DNA of 63,403 bases, the filler included, from Intoshia linei (lineage: Eukaryota > Animalia > Orthonectida): assembly GCA_001642005.1 (NCBI GenBank). It is 7 parts of 7 records of this genome, joined end to end, with 100 filler letters (N's around TTAATTAATTAA, not from the genome) between each part and the next. Parts side by side here need not be neighbours in the genome. Positions count along the whole stretch, not along the records: positions 17,274 to 30,785 come from LWCA01001010.1; positions 30,886 to 43,713 come from LWCA01001053.1; 5 more parts are not named here. One strand, 5' to 3'. Below are positions 28,444-40,895 of the stretch, in pieces. A model generated the notes under the pieces. That model was not told the origin of the DNA and ran no database searches. It worked only from the letters and a program-made list of their open reading frames with translations. How positions within the stretch are numbered: the stretch's first letter is position 1; each line of letters opens with the position of its first letter. Both the position numbers and the translations under genes were made by a program.

Positions 28444-28786
28444 TTTTAATTTTATGTAAATTATATAAAAACGGTTCAATCAGCAATTTTGGTTCATGAG
28501 AATTATTAAAATGTAATCTTTATCATGTAAAATTTGCTGATTTCATGTTAACAGGTACGAGAGTTAATTAATATTATAAATACTAAAATTTCGTTATGCT
28601 AAGAATATTGTGATCCGATTCTCAACAAAATCTACGATATTAAATGTTAGTAACGCTAATAAAGTTGACTTTCTATAAACATTTTGATGACTTGGAGTTT
28701 GAATGTGACTCGACGCTATATACTGGATAGAATGAATCTCATGAAAGTAATTAATTAAAATATATTTACAAGAGCATATATACCAA

Positions 28787-29965
28787 TCAACAAAATGAGA
28801 GAAAATCATAGGCTGCCGTAACTGATTTCCCCTTGAAATACTGTTTAGCTTGATTCAATAATTTATCGGAAGATTCGGATTCATCATTTAATTTTTTCTT
28901 TTTGTGCAAAATGTGTACACCGGGAGGCAAATACCTTTGACTAAAGTGAGTTAATATCAGGTGCTTTGCATTTACTCTATTGGCGAATTCGGCGGCCATT
29001 CGTGGAGTTGAGTGGCCCTTTAAAATACAATCATCTTTTCTTTCATCATCCAAAGTTGACTCGTGAACCAAAATATCACAATTTAACGAAATGTTAATCA
29101 TTGCATCAGAGTTTGAAGTGTCACCCAGAATAACAACGTGTTGGCCCTGTTCAGGTGGCCCTACATAATCCTGCCCATTCAATTCAATCACGTCAGACTT
29201 AAAATAATCGTTAAGTAGATTTGTTTTGTTGATTAAAACTGTATTTCCTGTTTTTAGTTGTCTATAAACATTTCCAGCTGGAATACCGTGTTCTTTTAAT
29301 TTGAAAACATTCAATTTACCAATTTTATCATCTGCTAACATTGAATATCCAAAAGATGGAACTCTGTGATTTATATAAGAAGCTCTGACCCATATTTCAT
29401 CATCATGACACAAATCCCAACATTCTGTAATAGGATTATATTCAATTTGTTTTCCATCACTTTCCATTTCTAATTTTGGTGTTTGAAAACCGTCGAAAGG
29501 TGATTTGTACATTTGCTCTTTTTTTATATATTTATCATTTTTGAATAAATCTTTTTCTTTTCTATTGTAATAATTTGCATTGATTGAATCGAGTTGTTTA
29601 TCTATTGGTACTAATTCATGTACGCAATATTTAACGTTTGGTTCAGAATACGTCATAGCTAGTACATTTCTTATATATTGACGCAGACCTACCGGTCCAT
29701 AAATTTCAAGAAAATCTACTTTGAATGTAAATGACAATAAAAATCCTGGCAATCCAAAACAGTGATCACCGTGAAGGTGGGTTATGAAAATTTTTTTTAT
29801 TCTGCTTGGTTTTATTCTACTTTTCTGAAATTGTGTTTGAGAACCTTCTCCACAGTCAAACATATATGCAACTCCGTTTAATTTTGTTAATATTATACAC
29901 GATGCTGCTCTATGTTCTGTTGGATATCCAGAACCTGTTCCAAGAAATGTTAATTCGAAAGGCAT
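28787..29965 (-). CDS. ELAC1: Short-form tRNase Z (zinc phosphodiesterase), intronless, 392 aa
   Basis: FLGTGSGYP, FDCGEGSQTQ, THLHGDHCFGLPG (HxHxDH), HRVPSFGY, exosite GIPAG, GDTS, HEST, GHST, THFSQRY. Confidence 0.95.
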   Translation of the reverse strand: MPFELTFLGTGSGYPTEHRAASCIILTKLNGVAYMFDCGEGSQTQFQKSRIKPSRIKKIFITHLHGDHCFGLPGFLLSFTFKVDFLEIYGPVGLRQYIRNVLAMTYSEPNVKYCVHELVPIDKQLDSINANYYNRKEKDLFKNDKYIKKEQMYKSPFDGFQTPKLEMESDGKQIEYNPITECWDLCHDDEIWVRASYINHRVPSFGYSMLADDKIGKLNVFKLKEHGIPAGNVYRQLKTGNTVLINKTNLLNDYFKSDVIELNGQDYVGPPEQGQHVVILGDTSNSDAMINISLNCDILVHESTLDDERKDDCILKGHSTPRMAAEFANRVNAKHLILTHFSQRYLPPGVHILHKKKKLNDESESSDKLLNQAKQYFKGKSVTAAYDFLSFC

Positions 29966-30219
29966 TAATTTTATTTGTATAACGATAATTAAATGTCACC
30001 ATGATAATTTATTAAAATTTTCGAAATTTATTCATCGCTAAAATTTCTATCCCACAATATTATAATATTATTTACTAATTAATAATTAGTAATCTAAACT
30101 ACTTAAAATCTAGTGAAATATATGTCGTATAGAATGTGTACAACTGTGAAATGAATATATGATGAGTTGAAGCAGATTCAAATTAAATACTAAATATAAG
30201 TGAATATATAATTATTTAT

Positions 30220-30380
30220 TTATTGGTATAAGCCAAGCTGTGATGGCAGCAACTATTACAAATAATTTAATTACGTTTGCATTTACTTCGATTACTCGAA
30301 CACCCACTTTTGCAATTACACTTAAAAAATCCTTGACCCCAACTAATTGAATTCTCGCGTACAGTAGAACGTAAACTCAA
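30220..30380 (-). mobile_element. Ginger/SCAND3-KRBA2-like integrase C-terminal Cys-rich remnant
   Basis: Translates GQGFFKCNCKSGCSSNRSKCKRN*IICNSCCHHSL. Confidence 0.6.
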
Positions 30381-30499
30381 AATTTGGTTTGAAACTTCAT
30401 GGTTTATTATTTGTTGATCGCATTTTTGAATTTGGTTTATTTATTATTTATTGTTTTATTATTTAATATTTTTGATATTTCGTAAATGTATAATAGCAT

Positions 30500-30785
30500 A
30501 CAAAAAGCTAATATTGTTTCACTTTTCGAATTGATCTGAGCCCGAAGATCTATAATTTTAGAAAATCCATCAGATGTCATACACACCGATAAAAATTCAA
30601 CAATTGTATGACCATAATCATGCGTTCTTTTCCCGTCAAATTGCAGACAAAAATCTTTTTTAAAGAACTAAATATTTGAATTTATTTTATCTGTACAACA
30701 ACCAATTTCTTTGTTCAAAGCACGCATGCAGATTGTTCTACAAGGAATGATAGAATTAGTGATTGTTTTTAGAATCGTTTGCATT
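30500..30785 (-). mobile_element. hATm-like transposase fragment (first catalytic Asp region)
   Basis: KDFCLQFDGKRTHDYGHTIVEFLSVCMTSDGFSKII; the frame is decayed. Confidence 0.45.
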
Positions 30786-30885
30786 NNNNNNNNNNNNNNN
30801 NNNNNNNNNNNNNNNNNNNNNNNNNNNNNTTAATTAATTAANNNNNNNNNNNNNNNNNNNNNNNNNNNNNNNNNNNNNNNNNNNN
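30786..30885. other. Scaffold gap spacer
   Basis: 100-nt N spacer with TTAATTAATTAA. Confidence 0.97.
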
Positions 30886-31339
30886 TGGATAATGAATTAT
30901 CCAATTCATTTCTCATAGAAGATCTTTCCCGGTAACGATTAGCAGATTTTTTACGCTTCAACGTTTTTTTTCGATTTTTTCTGATAGACATGAGTTTGAT
31001 TTTATACGTATGATTCATTTCATTTAAGGCGTTTCTTGATATTAATTTTTTTGTTAATAGTACACATTAGGGTGTCACATTTTTTCAAAAATTTGAGAAT
31101 TTTTAGGACGAACGGCGCACATCCTGTATATTTTGGTGCAAAAATTAATAATCTGGAATATTATATTTTAAAAATGTTTATTCGAGGGGGGTTGGTCATT
31201 TTAAATATAACATAAAAATATTAAGTCAAATTTAAAACTGAACTTTATTTGAAAAAAATGACAAATAATTGTATAACCATGGTTATGGTTTATAATGTTA
31301 TCTATTAATATTATGTTATTAATTATTATCAAAAAAATG

Positions 31340-31935
31340 AATATGAATGCATCACAGGCAATAGGTTAAGGCAATATTTTATGATTTACTTCCCTATTTG
31401 AAGGTTTGGGAATTCTTACGGTAGTTGATACACCTATAAGTGCGACATTGCTCATGTCATCAGCATTAAGGTAAATAGGCTGCATTCGATCACTCCACTA
31501 TTTGTCTTTTAAACATTCATATAGTTGAGTTTTCGTCCTATCTATCGTTTTTTGAACTACTTGGTTACTACTTAAACCTAAAATCTTCTTAATTATTCTC
31601 ATAGCTGTGGCAGTTGTCCACCAGAATAATGTTAAGACTAAAGGATCAATATCTTCCACTTTTGGAGAAGGACCTCGTCGTCTGTGATCTATTATGTATC
31701 CCATAAGATGGTGGTAAATCAAATCAAGTTCCATTTGGTAGATTCCGGTAATGTATATATAAGCATCGTTTTTTTTTTTACGAACTTATATACAGGACCA
31801 GAAAATTTGGTTTCACTCTCTACCTCATTTATTTCAACATTTTTAATGATATCTTTTTTATTATTGATTGCTTTCAACACATTATTTAACAATGATCGGT
31901 TTGGATTGAGCATAAACCATAACGATAAATAATAC
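31340..31935 (-). mobile_element. Probable PIF/Harbinger-ISL2EU-like transposase remnant
   Basis: Frameshifted RRRGPSPKVEDIDPLVLTLFWW...KILGLSSNQVVQKTIDRT (HTH-like) followed by ALIGVSTTVRIPKPS, resembling the decayed first catalytic motif xDxTxxxIxRP. Confidence 0.45.
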
Positions 31936-33779
31936 ATTTTAATGTTAAATATTACCAAATACAATGTAGTATAAATTTGCAATGTAAATTGAAAATGAAA
32001 AAAAAATTGATATAAAAAAACAAAAACACTAAAGATGAATTGTAATCTATGATTTTAATTTGAATAAATCAAAATAAAAATCATTTTTATGTGGCCATGT
32101 TACAGATCGCAAGCCGATAATGTTGAAAAAATAGAATACTAATGTTTTATTGCTTTGATATAAATTTATGCATTAAATATGCAGGTGGTGATCATTTATT
32201 AAATTAAAAATCCACGTATATTTAATTAAATTATATATGTATTATTAAAAACGTTAAGTATATTCATTAAATTCGATTGTGATTTGTGACAATTGTGCTC
32301 CACAGCGTTTGATAGAGTTATACACAATTCACTGTACTTTTAAAATAAATCCTAGTTGCCAAAGAAGTGACAAAGTTATCAACAGTTATTCGAGTTTTAT
32401 TAAGTTAATCTCAGTCACAACGAGATGACTTAGTTTTCAACATGTTCATCCTATGTTTATTGATTTTCTACATAAAATAAAATCTTTGGTTTAGTTTCTA
32501 GTAGTACACTATTAAAGTTACTGCTAATACTTAATATCATTATATCGTTGACTAATGTAGATATAACTTTATTTTGATGCGTTATACCCACGATTAAAGC
32601 ATGTGAGGACACTTCGTGTAATATATTCCAAATGATGCAATCTTCTTTCGTCATGCCTAATAAGGTACAAATTAAAGTGTATTCTGTGACTTGTCAAAAT
32701 CTGACATGTCCCACTTTGCATTCCTAACGTTAGTGTTGAACTCACAATGAGTGTAAATTCTGCCGTAGATAACCTGATCACTTGTGTAATGTAATTAAAA
32801 ATGCACCATTTTTAGATTTCGCAAATTAATTTTTTTTAATATTTACCAGTTCTTCCCTCGGTTCAGACGTGATTAATTGACTATCATATTAGCAATAGTG
32901 ATTTTGGTAATTTATAATCATTAGCCGACTTCTATGTTAGTTGTTTCCATCACCATCTCACAAATTAAATGTGAGCATACTGTCTTTGAGTTCACATTCC
33001 GTTACGTACGTATCGTTGCTTTCATATTTAAAATGCACCGCGTCGGTACAAAAGTTTTCTTTTGTTTTATTGTGATCATTCAACATTAACACAGCCTACT
33101 TTTTGTCACAAATTTGAATGGATTGTTGGGAAAATACCAGGTCGTTTTGTGTCACTATTCAATTTAAAATTTAATTTAAGTTGGCCAAAGAATTCACGGG
33201 TATACCCATAATAGCGCACGCTTCGCTGCCAGAACTGTTAAAACATTTAGAGAGTAATTTATAGTAGCAGTTTATAATTGCTTCAGGATTCTGCAACCTG
33301 TATTAGACTTTTTGTGGTGCTCCTTTTATTTTTCTGTCAACTTTTGTCATGTTTTTTCCGTTTTCTTATTTGTGATATAGTTGTCTTTGACTTTTATTTT
33401 ATTGCGGTTTTTATAGGGATCTGGTTCAAATGAATGACTAATATAGTATTCGCCATATCTTCGTATATGCTCTACTCTTTTCCGCAGTGATCGCGTCAAA
33501 CTATTCATTTTTCAAATAATGTCCAGTCAGGGTAAGTTTTCCTATATTGAGTCAAATTGAATAAAAAATCATTAATGACAAATGCATTCTTAGTTTTTCG
33601 CGTACAGCGCTGCAAGAATACCACCTCTAGCGCTGTAATACCAATGTGCGTTTATTCCTCTTAATTATTACCTTGTTATTCATCACCAACAGACGTGGTG
33701 ACGAACTGATTTCATTATTCCAGCATCTATATTCTGGCACTATGGTCTACTTTAAGTACTTTCATTTTTTCAAAGTAAA

Positions 33780-35660
33780 AGCAGTGATATCGATTGTTTG
33801 AAGCGATGCAACACGAACCGCTTGTTTGGTTGTATTCATGGTTACATGAATTTTAACTTTTTTGTTAATAAGTGCTGTATATGGATAATGCAATGTATGG
33901 TGAATATGGAAGGTATACTTTCTTTTAAGAAAGATATGAATCCCCTGTATTTTCCTACCATTTGTGCTGCACCATCAGTCAACCAATCACACTTTGAAAT
34001 GGTATTTTTTTTCACGTAAATATAATCTGACCATTTCATAAAGTATACATCCCTTTGTATCTATGATTATTTTTTTGCTAAATAACATTTCTTCAACCAA
34101 CTTACTCATCGTGGTTCAAAAAATTAGCATAATCTATTGTATTAAATTATTGTAACATTAAATGGATGATAATTTTTTAATTATTAGATGAATATTCGCA
34201 AAATTTTAAAGGAACAATAAATGTATAATTATGCTTAATTTGAAATATTTAATATTTGGTTGAACATCTTTTTGCCTTGATGAGAGCCCAAATTCTGCGA
34301 TCCATACCATTTGTGAGGTTTTAGATAAATTTTTCATTATTGATGAAAATTTCCAGACAGAATGTAAGCGATCAATTAATTCAGATTTTGATTTAATTTG
34401 AATGGTATGGACTTTATCTTTCAATGTCGTCCTTATATTTTCAATTGGATTTATGTCTGAATAATTCCCTGGCGACTCAATAACGTCAACTCCTTTTTTT
34501 TTAAAAACCTTATAATATTATTTGGCTTTATGGCATGGAGCCGAGTCTTGTTGAAAACTATATTCAGTAGTGTTCTCCCATGTTGTTATTTCTTGTAGGA
34601 AACATTTCAATACGTTTTTGTATATTTTCTGGTCCATTATATCATTTATTATGTATAATTTACTGATTCCCATTGTGGAAATAGCCCCCATACTATTACT
34701 TTTTGAGGAAATTTAACAGTTTATTTGATACAATTTGCTCTCGACGCCTTGTGTGATATTTTGCGTAAACTAGTAGAACGATCATCCATAACGCGAATCA
34801 TTGATTTGTCAGAAAATATCACCTATAAAATAATAATTTAGGATTTAACGATTTACTGTTAGTCTTGAGTTTTCCAACAATTTCAGTGCAACTTGAATTG
34901 CTATTTTTCAGGGCAGTTTTAACTATTATTATATTAGTTCTTTCATTAGTGGATTTTTGTCTCCCACAATTATTTTTTTTTGAATTAGAAATATGATGAT
35001 ATCTTTTTAAAGATTTTTTTAACCTAGATACTACTGATTGAGACACACCGTTTACATTAGCTACTTTTTTTTGTGTTCAATTAGAAGTTGCCGTATAGCG
35101 ATTATGGTTTCTTTTTTTTCTGAAGAAATGTCTTGTCTTTTATTCATATCTTCATTTTAAAATGTAAGTGTTTTAAAAAATAATAATATACCTAAGAATG
35201 CAAAAAATGATAATTCAACAACGAATAAAGTTTTATTTTTGATTGTAACAACCAATTTTAATATTTTCTCTTTATGACGTGAATTTTTTAATACGCACTT
35301 TTTCACTAACATCATTTTAGTGGTCGTCACTCGATGTTATTCATCAATAAAATAGTCAAAATTTAATTAATTTATTAGATTAATGTTTATCTTAACTTTA
35401 TATAGGTTAAAATTTTAATATAGTTTATTGAAAAAAAACTAAAAAGTTATGTAAGTAAAAATTCTACAATTATGCTAATTTATTGAACAATCCTGTATTT
35501 CCATTCCAGAATCTTACATAAGCCAGTAAAATAGCGTTGTTATTCATAATGATGGTTTCGTCCAGCTGCAAAGAAAATTTATTTATTTTCAATAGAAGAA
35601 CCAATTTGTCTTCAATATCATCTGCTATTTTATTAATCCTATGAAAAACAGTATTATAAA
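33780..35660 (-). mobile_element. Buster/ZBED5-like hAT transposase remnant split by a Tc1 insertion
   Basis: TDGAAQMVGKYRGF..IHCIIHIQHL on one side and FSLQLDET..LLAYVRFW on the other. The flanks rejoin as LAYVRFWNGN|SKLVEEMLF. Confidence 0.8.
34107..35495 (-). mobile_element. Near full-length decayed Tc1 element
   Basis: TIRs (C)ATCGTGGTTCAAAAAATTAGCATAAT / ATTATGCTAATTTATTGAACAATCCTG followed by TA. Motifs VSQSVVSRL, GRQKST, FQQDSAPCHKAK, PGNYSDINPIEN (DD34E-like). Confidence 0.88.
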
Positions 35661-35829
35661 AATTATAAATATGAGCGTATGCTCAGATTTAGACTCAAGC
35701 TTTTTATAAAACACTACTCTCCCCCAAAAAAACTAATTCCCGTGTCATTAAATTATAAAAAATCAAAATAATATAAAGCACTATAAGTATTACTATATTG
35801 TTAATCTAATATAATTATTAACTATATTA

Positions 35830-37010
35830 TATTAGAACAATTTGAATCCTCAGAAGATTCGGCTAGCATCTCTATCTTTACTATTTTTTCAGATAGATTT
35901 TTAATCAATGAGTCAGTTTTTCTGATACAACATTGAATAATGTCACTGAAAAGGTTATTAAAGGCACTATTCAATCTATAAAGTTTTTATTAATATCGTA
36001 TTGTCTCCCAACATCACTTTTTTGTTATGGCCCATATCAATTCGATTGGTTGTAAATCAGAATGATATGGAGGTGTAAATAATACCAAGCGATTTTCTTC
36101 TTCGGCCATAGAAAACAAATAGTTGGTTTAATGTTGCTTTTAATATAATTATTTACTTTATCCCATATAGAGCTTTTAAAATCATTTATACTAACATAAA
36201 TATTTTTTTCTTTACAGTACTGTAGTAATCTTTTTTTTATTACCTTGTTTGAGAGTATTTTGAGGTAAAGATTTGTGGTACTTAGCATGATCCATAATGA
36301 TAATTGCTTTGCTGATATTATCCCTTTGTAGGTTAATTAGTAGACATTTTATTTATTTGATGAATTATTTATTATTAAACATATTATGATAGTCTTTTGT
36401 TTCGACTACAAAAATATCTATTGAACCCTTAATTAAGTGTATTGTTTTATTTTCTTTGTGATAGTAACTAATGTTAGATACTTGATTAACTATAGCAGCT
36501 ATCATGCTGTATCTTTGTCCCTTATATTTTGTTAATGGTTCGATGTTATCGTCATCCATTGGATCATAAAGTGAATCTTCATGTATAGCATAATTGTGAT
36601 GTATATATGTGCATAAATGTAGCTCATCTAAATAGACGTTTCGTCTATTTGGAAATTCTATCATTTAGAAGGAAAAGGATATTTCATCTAGTACATCAAA
36701 ATATATATGATCATAGTAAAATCATGTATATCAAAATTTAAGTATCCTAGTTCTAATAGCATTATCATTACATCTATTGCGACGCTTTTGGTTTTATTTA
36801 ATCTTCGTGATCTTAAAAATATTTTGATGGACATGACAATTTCTATTCCACAATTTTAAATATGCTCTATTTTATGTGGCCTTTTCTTAGTACCTGCTAC
36901 TTTGACAATTTTTGGGTCATGATAAGTTTTCCATATATCATGAATCAGGTTTATTTTTCTACTTAATAATGCGTCAGTTCAAAAAGTATTGTCAATTATA
37001 TTTTATATTT
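35830..37010 (-). mobile_element. Decayed IS630-Tc1-mariner transposase with long D-E spacing (Sailor/DD82E-like)
   Basis: NVYLDE..YIHHNY..EDSLYDPMDD..KYKGQRYSMIAAI, KDYHNMFN, IIMDHAKYHK and FTPPYHSDLQPIELIWA. About 82 residues lie between the second D and E after correcting two frameshifts. Confidence 0.75.
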
Positions 37011-37401
37011 GGTTTTTATCGACGTTAAAATTTAGGTCATTGTAAAGGGTATTTTGAAAACGTCTATAAAATTATTGCATAAATAACCGAAATTTCAAAG
37101 TCGATAAAAACCACAAAAATCGAGCTAGAATCAAATTTTAAAAATTGAAATGTATATTAAAGCGGGGGTGTTCAGACCATAAAATATAAACCATGACAAC
37201 TTACCATAATGTTGTTTTTGCAAAAAATAAAGTTACATTTAAATTTTTCTATGCTATTTTCAAAAGGATATTTAAAATGATGAGCGCAACTCGAATCGGC
37301 ATCTTTGCAACACCCCATTATAGATTATTTTATATATTATGATAATACATCATATTTCCGCACTAATCGCTTTTTATTTTCTGATGGGTGTGACACCCGA
37401 A

Positions 37402-38042
37402 TGTGTATATTTAAAGTCATGTATATTAGTCAGTATATTTAACAGCCTAATTGCTTTGCAAATTCTTTAGCGTTATTTAAAGAATTGGACCGTTAATACT
37501 TACTCCTCTCTTAATTACAATGTTAAACAACCTACTTAAAACATTTTTAATTTCGGGGTTTTTGCCATCACGTTTCTTTTTAAAAGCTTTGTGAATTGTT
37601 TTTGATCGCCTTGTTAGTTCATCTTCATTTTTTAATAAGTTACCGATTGTACTTTTTGGAACTAGTAAAATATTCGATAATTCTTGATAAGATTTGGTAC
37701 AGTTGTAAGAATGAATTTTGTCCAAAATAATTATTTTTTATTCTAATTTTAGTGATTTTTTTTTTAACGCCATTTTGGAGGTTAAACTTTATTATTAAAA
37801 CAATTAGTTAAAATTTTAAGGTTTCAAACATAATTTTCTACAAAAATGTAATAATTTATTTAAAAAAATCTTGATAATTTATTTTAAAAAACAAATTGCA
37901 TGTCTACTATAAGCGGATTATTGTCTCTTATATCCGTCGGTGATTTATATACAAAACATGTGTTTGATTCCGTTCCTAGCTTTTTGTCCCTTCTATCCAG
38001 ACGTCTCTTATAACTGGTGTCTCTTATAAGCGGATTCCACTG
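37402..38042 (-). mobile_element. pogo/Tigger element, 5' part
   Basis: TIR CAGTGGAATCCGCTTATAAG next to TA. CENP-B-type HTH peptide (ELSNILLVPKSTIGNLLKNEDEL; GVSINGPIL). Confidence 0.8.
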
Positions 38043-38156
38043 TATATGTAAATGATGCCAAAGGGTTCAAAGACACTTAATAGGGCCTATCGACAAATTT
38101 TATTTGTTTTTAAATCTACGGATTTACTCTCATATATAATTATTTTTAATTTTTAG

Positions 38157-39244
38157 AAGCACGCAAAAATACAACAATTTCTATGCAAAATTTGTTTTAT
38201 CAAGATATTTGAAGAGGATGTACACCAAAATGTAATTGAAAACAAATTATTTTCAAATGGAGATACTGTGGCTATTGGAGCTTCTGGCGGAAAAGATTCT
38301 TCAGTTTTAATTCATGTCCTCAAAGTTTTAAATGATAAATATAATTATAGAATAAAAATTGTACTCGTATCCATAGATGAAGGTATAAAGGGATATCGTG
38401 ATGATTCCTTGTTATCGGTCAAAAAAAATTGCTACGATTATAATTTTGATTTGTTCATAGTATCATTCAAGCAGGTACGATTTTTTTAATTACGAAATAA
38501 AATTTTTATTTTAATGTAGTTATATGGCTGGAGCATGGATGAAATTGTTGCAAAAATTGGTAGAAAATCAAATTGTACCTTTTGTGGAGTTTTCCGTAGA
38601 CAAGGTATTTTTATTTATTTATTTCTTTCTATTCTTATACAGCATTGGATCGAGCTGCCACGCATATAAAAGCGGATAAGTTAGTCACAGGTCACAATGC
38701 TGATGACGTTGCGGAAACTATTGTTATGAACATGTTACGATGTGACGCAGCCAGACTTTCACGCTGTACAAATATAATTACCAACGATTCGATTGAAATG
38801 CCGAGATCTAAACCTATGATGTATTGTTACGAAAAGGATATTGTCATGTATGCTCATTTTCAAAAGTTAAAATATTTTTCTACCGAGTGCACCTATTTTC
38901 CAAATTCTTTTCGCGGTTATGCTCGAGATTACGTTAAAGATTTAGAAAAAATTAATCCGTTGTCAATACTCAACATTATTTCATGTGCTCAAAACTTTGA
39001 TATCAAAACTAGTGTCAGAATACCTACCCTAAAAAATTGTCAACAATGCAACTATGTTTCAAGCAATAATATATGCGCAGCATGTAAACTTATTAATGGA
39101 CTGGAAAAAAATATTCCTCTTAGAGAAATTATTAGGAATAGAAAAGTTAAGTTTGACAATATTTCCGATTCTACAGTTATAGAAGTTAATCGGGTTCGAG
39201 ATAGGTTTCAAAATATTTCAAATGAATATTCAAATTGTAAATAA
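38157..39244 (+). CDS. CTU1: Cytoplasmic tRNA 2-thiolation protein 1; exons 38157-38474, 38520-38604, 38643-39244; first exon not located
   Basis: [24 protein letters not shown] (PP-loop), [62 protein letters not shown]. Confidence 0.95.
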
Positions 39245-39858
39245 TTTTTTATAAAATAAATGTGTACATATTTTTGTAATTCTTTACAATGCACGGTTGA
39301 ACTTTACTTGGAAATATGAATCGGATCGTACTGTTGTTTATACTCTTCACTACCGAACATTTTTGACCTACTTTTAGATTCAGATATCTACTACATCCTT
39401 GCTTATATAATATGCTTTGTTTGTTGTGTTAGCGTTTATTTCAATAACTACCAGTCTTAGAATTTTATAAAGTCAACATTTTAATTACAGTTTTTAACCG
39501 AGGATTTTAGAAAAATATATTTCAACCTCCCAAATTCACATCTTACGGTTAAAAAAGCCCTATTGTCCTTTTTTTCAAAATCAAACGAGTTCGAAAATTT
39601 AAAAAAATATATACTTTGATACGGATTTTAAAATCAAATTTAAATTTAAGAAAATTATATCTTCAGGGCCAAAACTCCAAATTCCTAATAAAAATGTGCC
39701 CTCAGCAGATCTAGGTGCTGTTTTTACGTAGTACATACAATAAAATGTAACTGTCAACCAAGTACATGTATATAATCTGTAGATTTTATAATAATAATAA
39801 AATACGTATAATTATTAACGTAGTAGGTAAATATTTCGGAATCATGAAATCACAAAAA

Positions 39859-40145
39859 TTAATTACAAATTTTATTAGTATTTTTTTGTAAGGAACGGTA
39901 TTTACTTTTAAAGTACATCTGCTCATAACTTGACACTTGAAGTCTTTCAGGTAAATACACTTGGTTAACTAAAATGAAATAAAGGATTAAAACAAAAAAC
40001 CGTTAACAAATGTGGAAACCAGCCCTTTATAGCACATGCCAATCTAATTTAAAAAATTGTTTACAACTTGTTTATGTGATGGAACGCTTAAAGATAATTT
40101 CTTCATTTTTGACATTCTTCCCTGTATATATGACGGAGCGATACA
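39859..40145 (-). pseudogene. Decayed duplicate of the last two exons of the HSD17B12-like gene
   Basis: CIAPSYIQGRMSKMKKLSLSVPSHKQVVNNFLN*IGMCYK/GWFPHLLT|..QVYLPERLQV..FKSK parallels CVSPSFIAGKMSGIKKPSLMVPSNTQMINQILNSIGICYK..GWFPHFLQ|YLHVYLPESVKV..IKSK. The intron position is the same; there is an in-frame TAG and a frameshift. Confidence 0.8.
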
Positions 40146-40895
40146 CTATTTTGAATTACATCGATTCTGTTCTATATGAACATAAAGGGACCAGGTTTTG
40201 ATCATGTTCATAATATACTGTAATATGAACATATATGAATGTCGATAATAATATAATTAAAAGTTTTGAATTGTCCAATCAATGTTTGTTCAAACACAAT
40301 TGTCTTGTTCATAATCTAGGATGTTCATATATAACAGAATTGACTGTATATATAAATTTATTACTTCTAGTATTAAGTTTGGCTAAAGTGGCCAGAAAAA
40401 TGGGTACTATCACTTTTAGTTTATTTGGAATAAATTTTATTCGTCATCATAGATAAGTAGTTTTGGCTTTATATTTGACACCAAATAAACTAAAATTGAT
40501 AGTACGTATTTTAGCTATTTTAGCTTTTTTTTTTGCTTTGAAAAATCATTTTGGCTCACTGTCAGTGACACATGAGGCTAATAGATGAAAACTCATAACT
40601 AATATACTCGAATGTTATATAATATACTAATTAATTTAATTTTTCACATTTAATTAACTTTTTTTTAATTTGATACGTGTTTTTATAAATGTAATGTTGT
40701 TACCACGATGTATTGAAGAAAGAAGAACTTCAAAGATAAGAAGAGCTTTATTGTATGAATTATAAATCTTGGACATAACCAAATTTATAAATTAAACATT
40801 AACATTCATTTTTTTGTTAAACTCGTCAAGTAAACTACTAGAGCTAATTACTCTTAAATTCTTGAACTCGTTACACAGAAACACTATTAAAATTT

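Noticed and set aside
28551-28660. Tiny plus-strand spliced ORF in the ELAC1-GTF2H1 spacer
   Set aside because: It gives only about 18 aa with no homology; chance splice-like sites are common in this DNA.
32280-33760. Less AT-rich stretch with short ORFs, possibly a retroelement
   Set aside because: No recognisable motif or termini; left unassigned.
31068-37400. One 6.3-kb hAT element bounded by TAGGGTGTCAC ends
   Set aside because: The flanks GTACACAT and ATGTGTAT are not a direct TSD; these are probably two separate elements.
28787-39244. ELAC1 and CTU1 as a functional tRNA-processing cluster
   Set aside because: They are separated by 8 kb of TEs and a scaffold gap, so adjacency may be chance.
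39300-40780. Possible extra small minus-strand exons near 39300-39390 and 40545-40776
   Set aside because: They could not be joined into a convincing protein.
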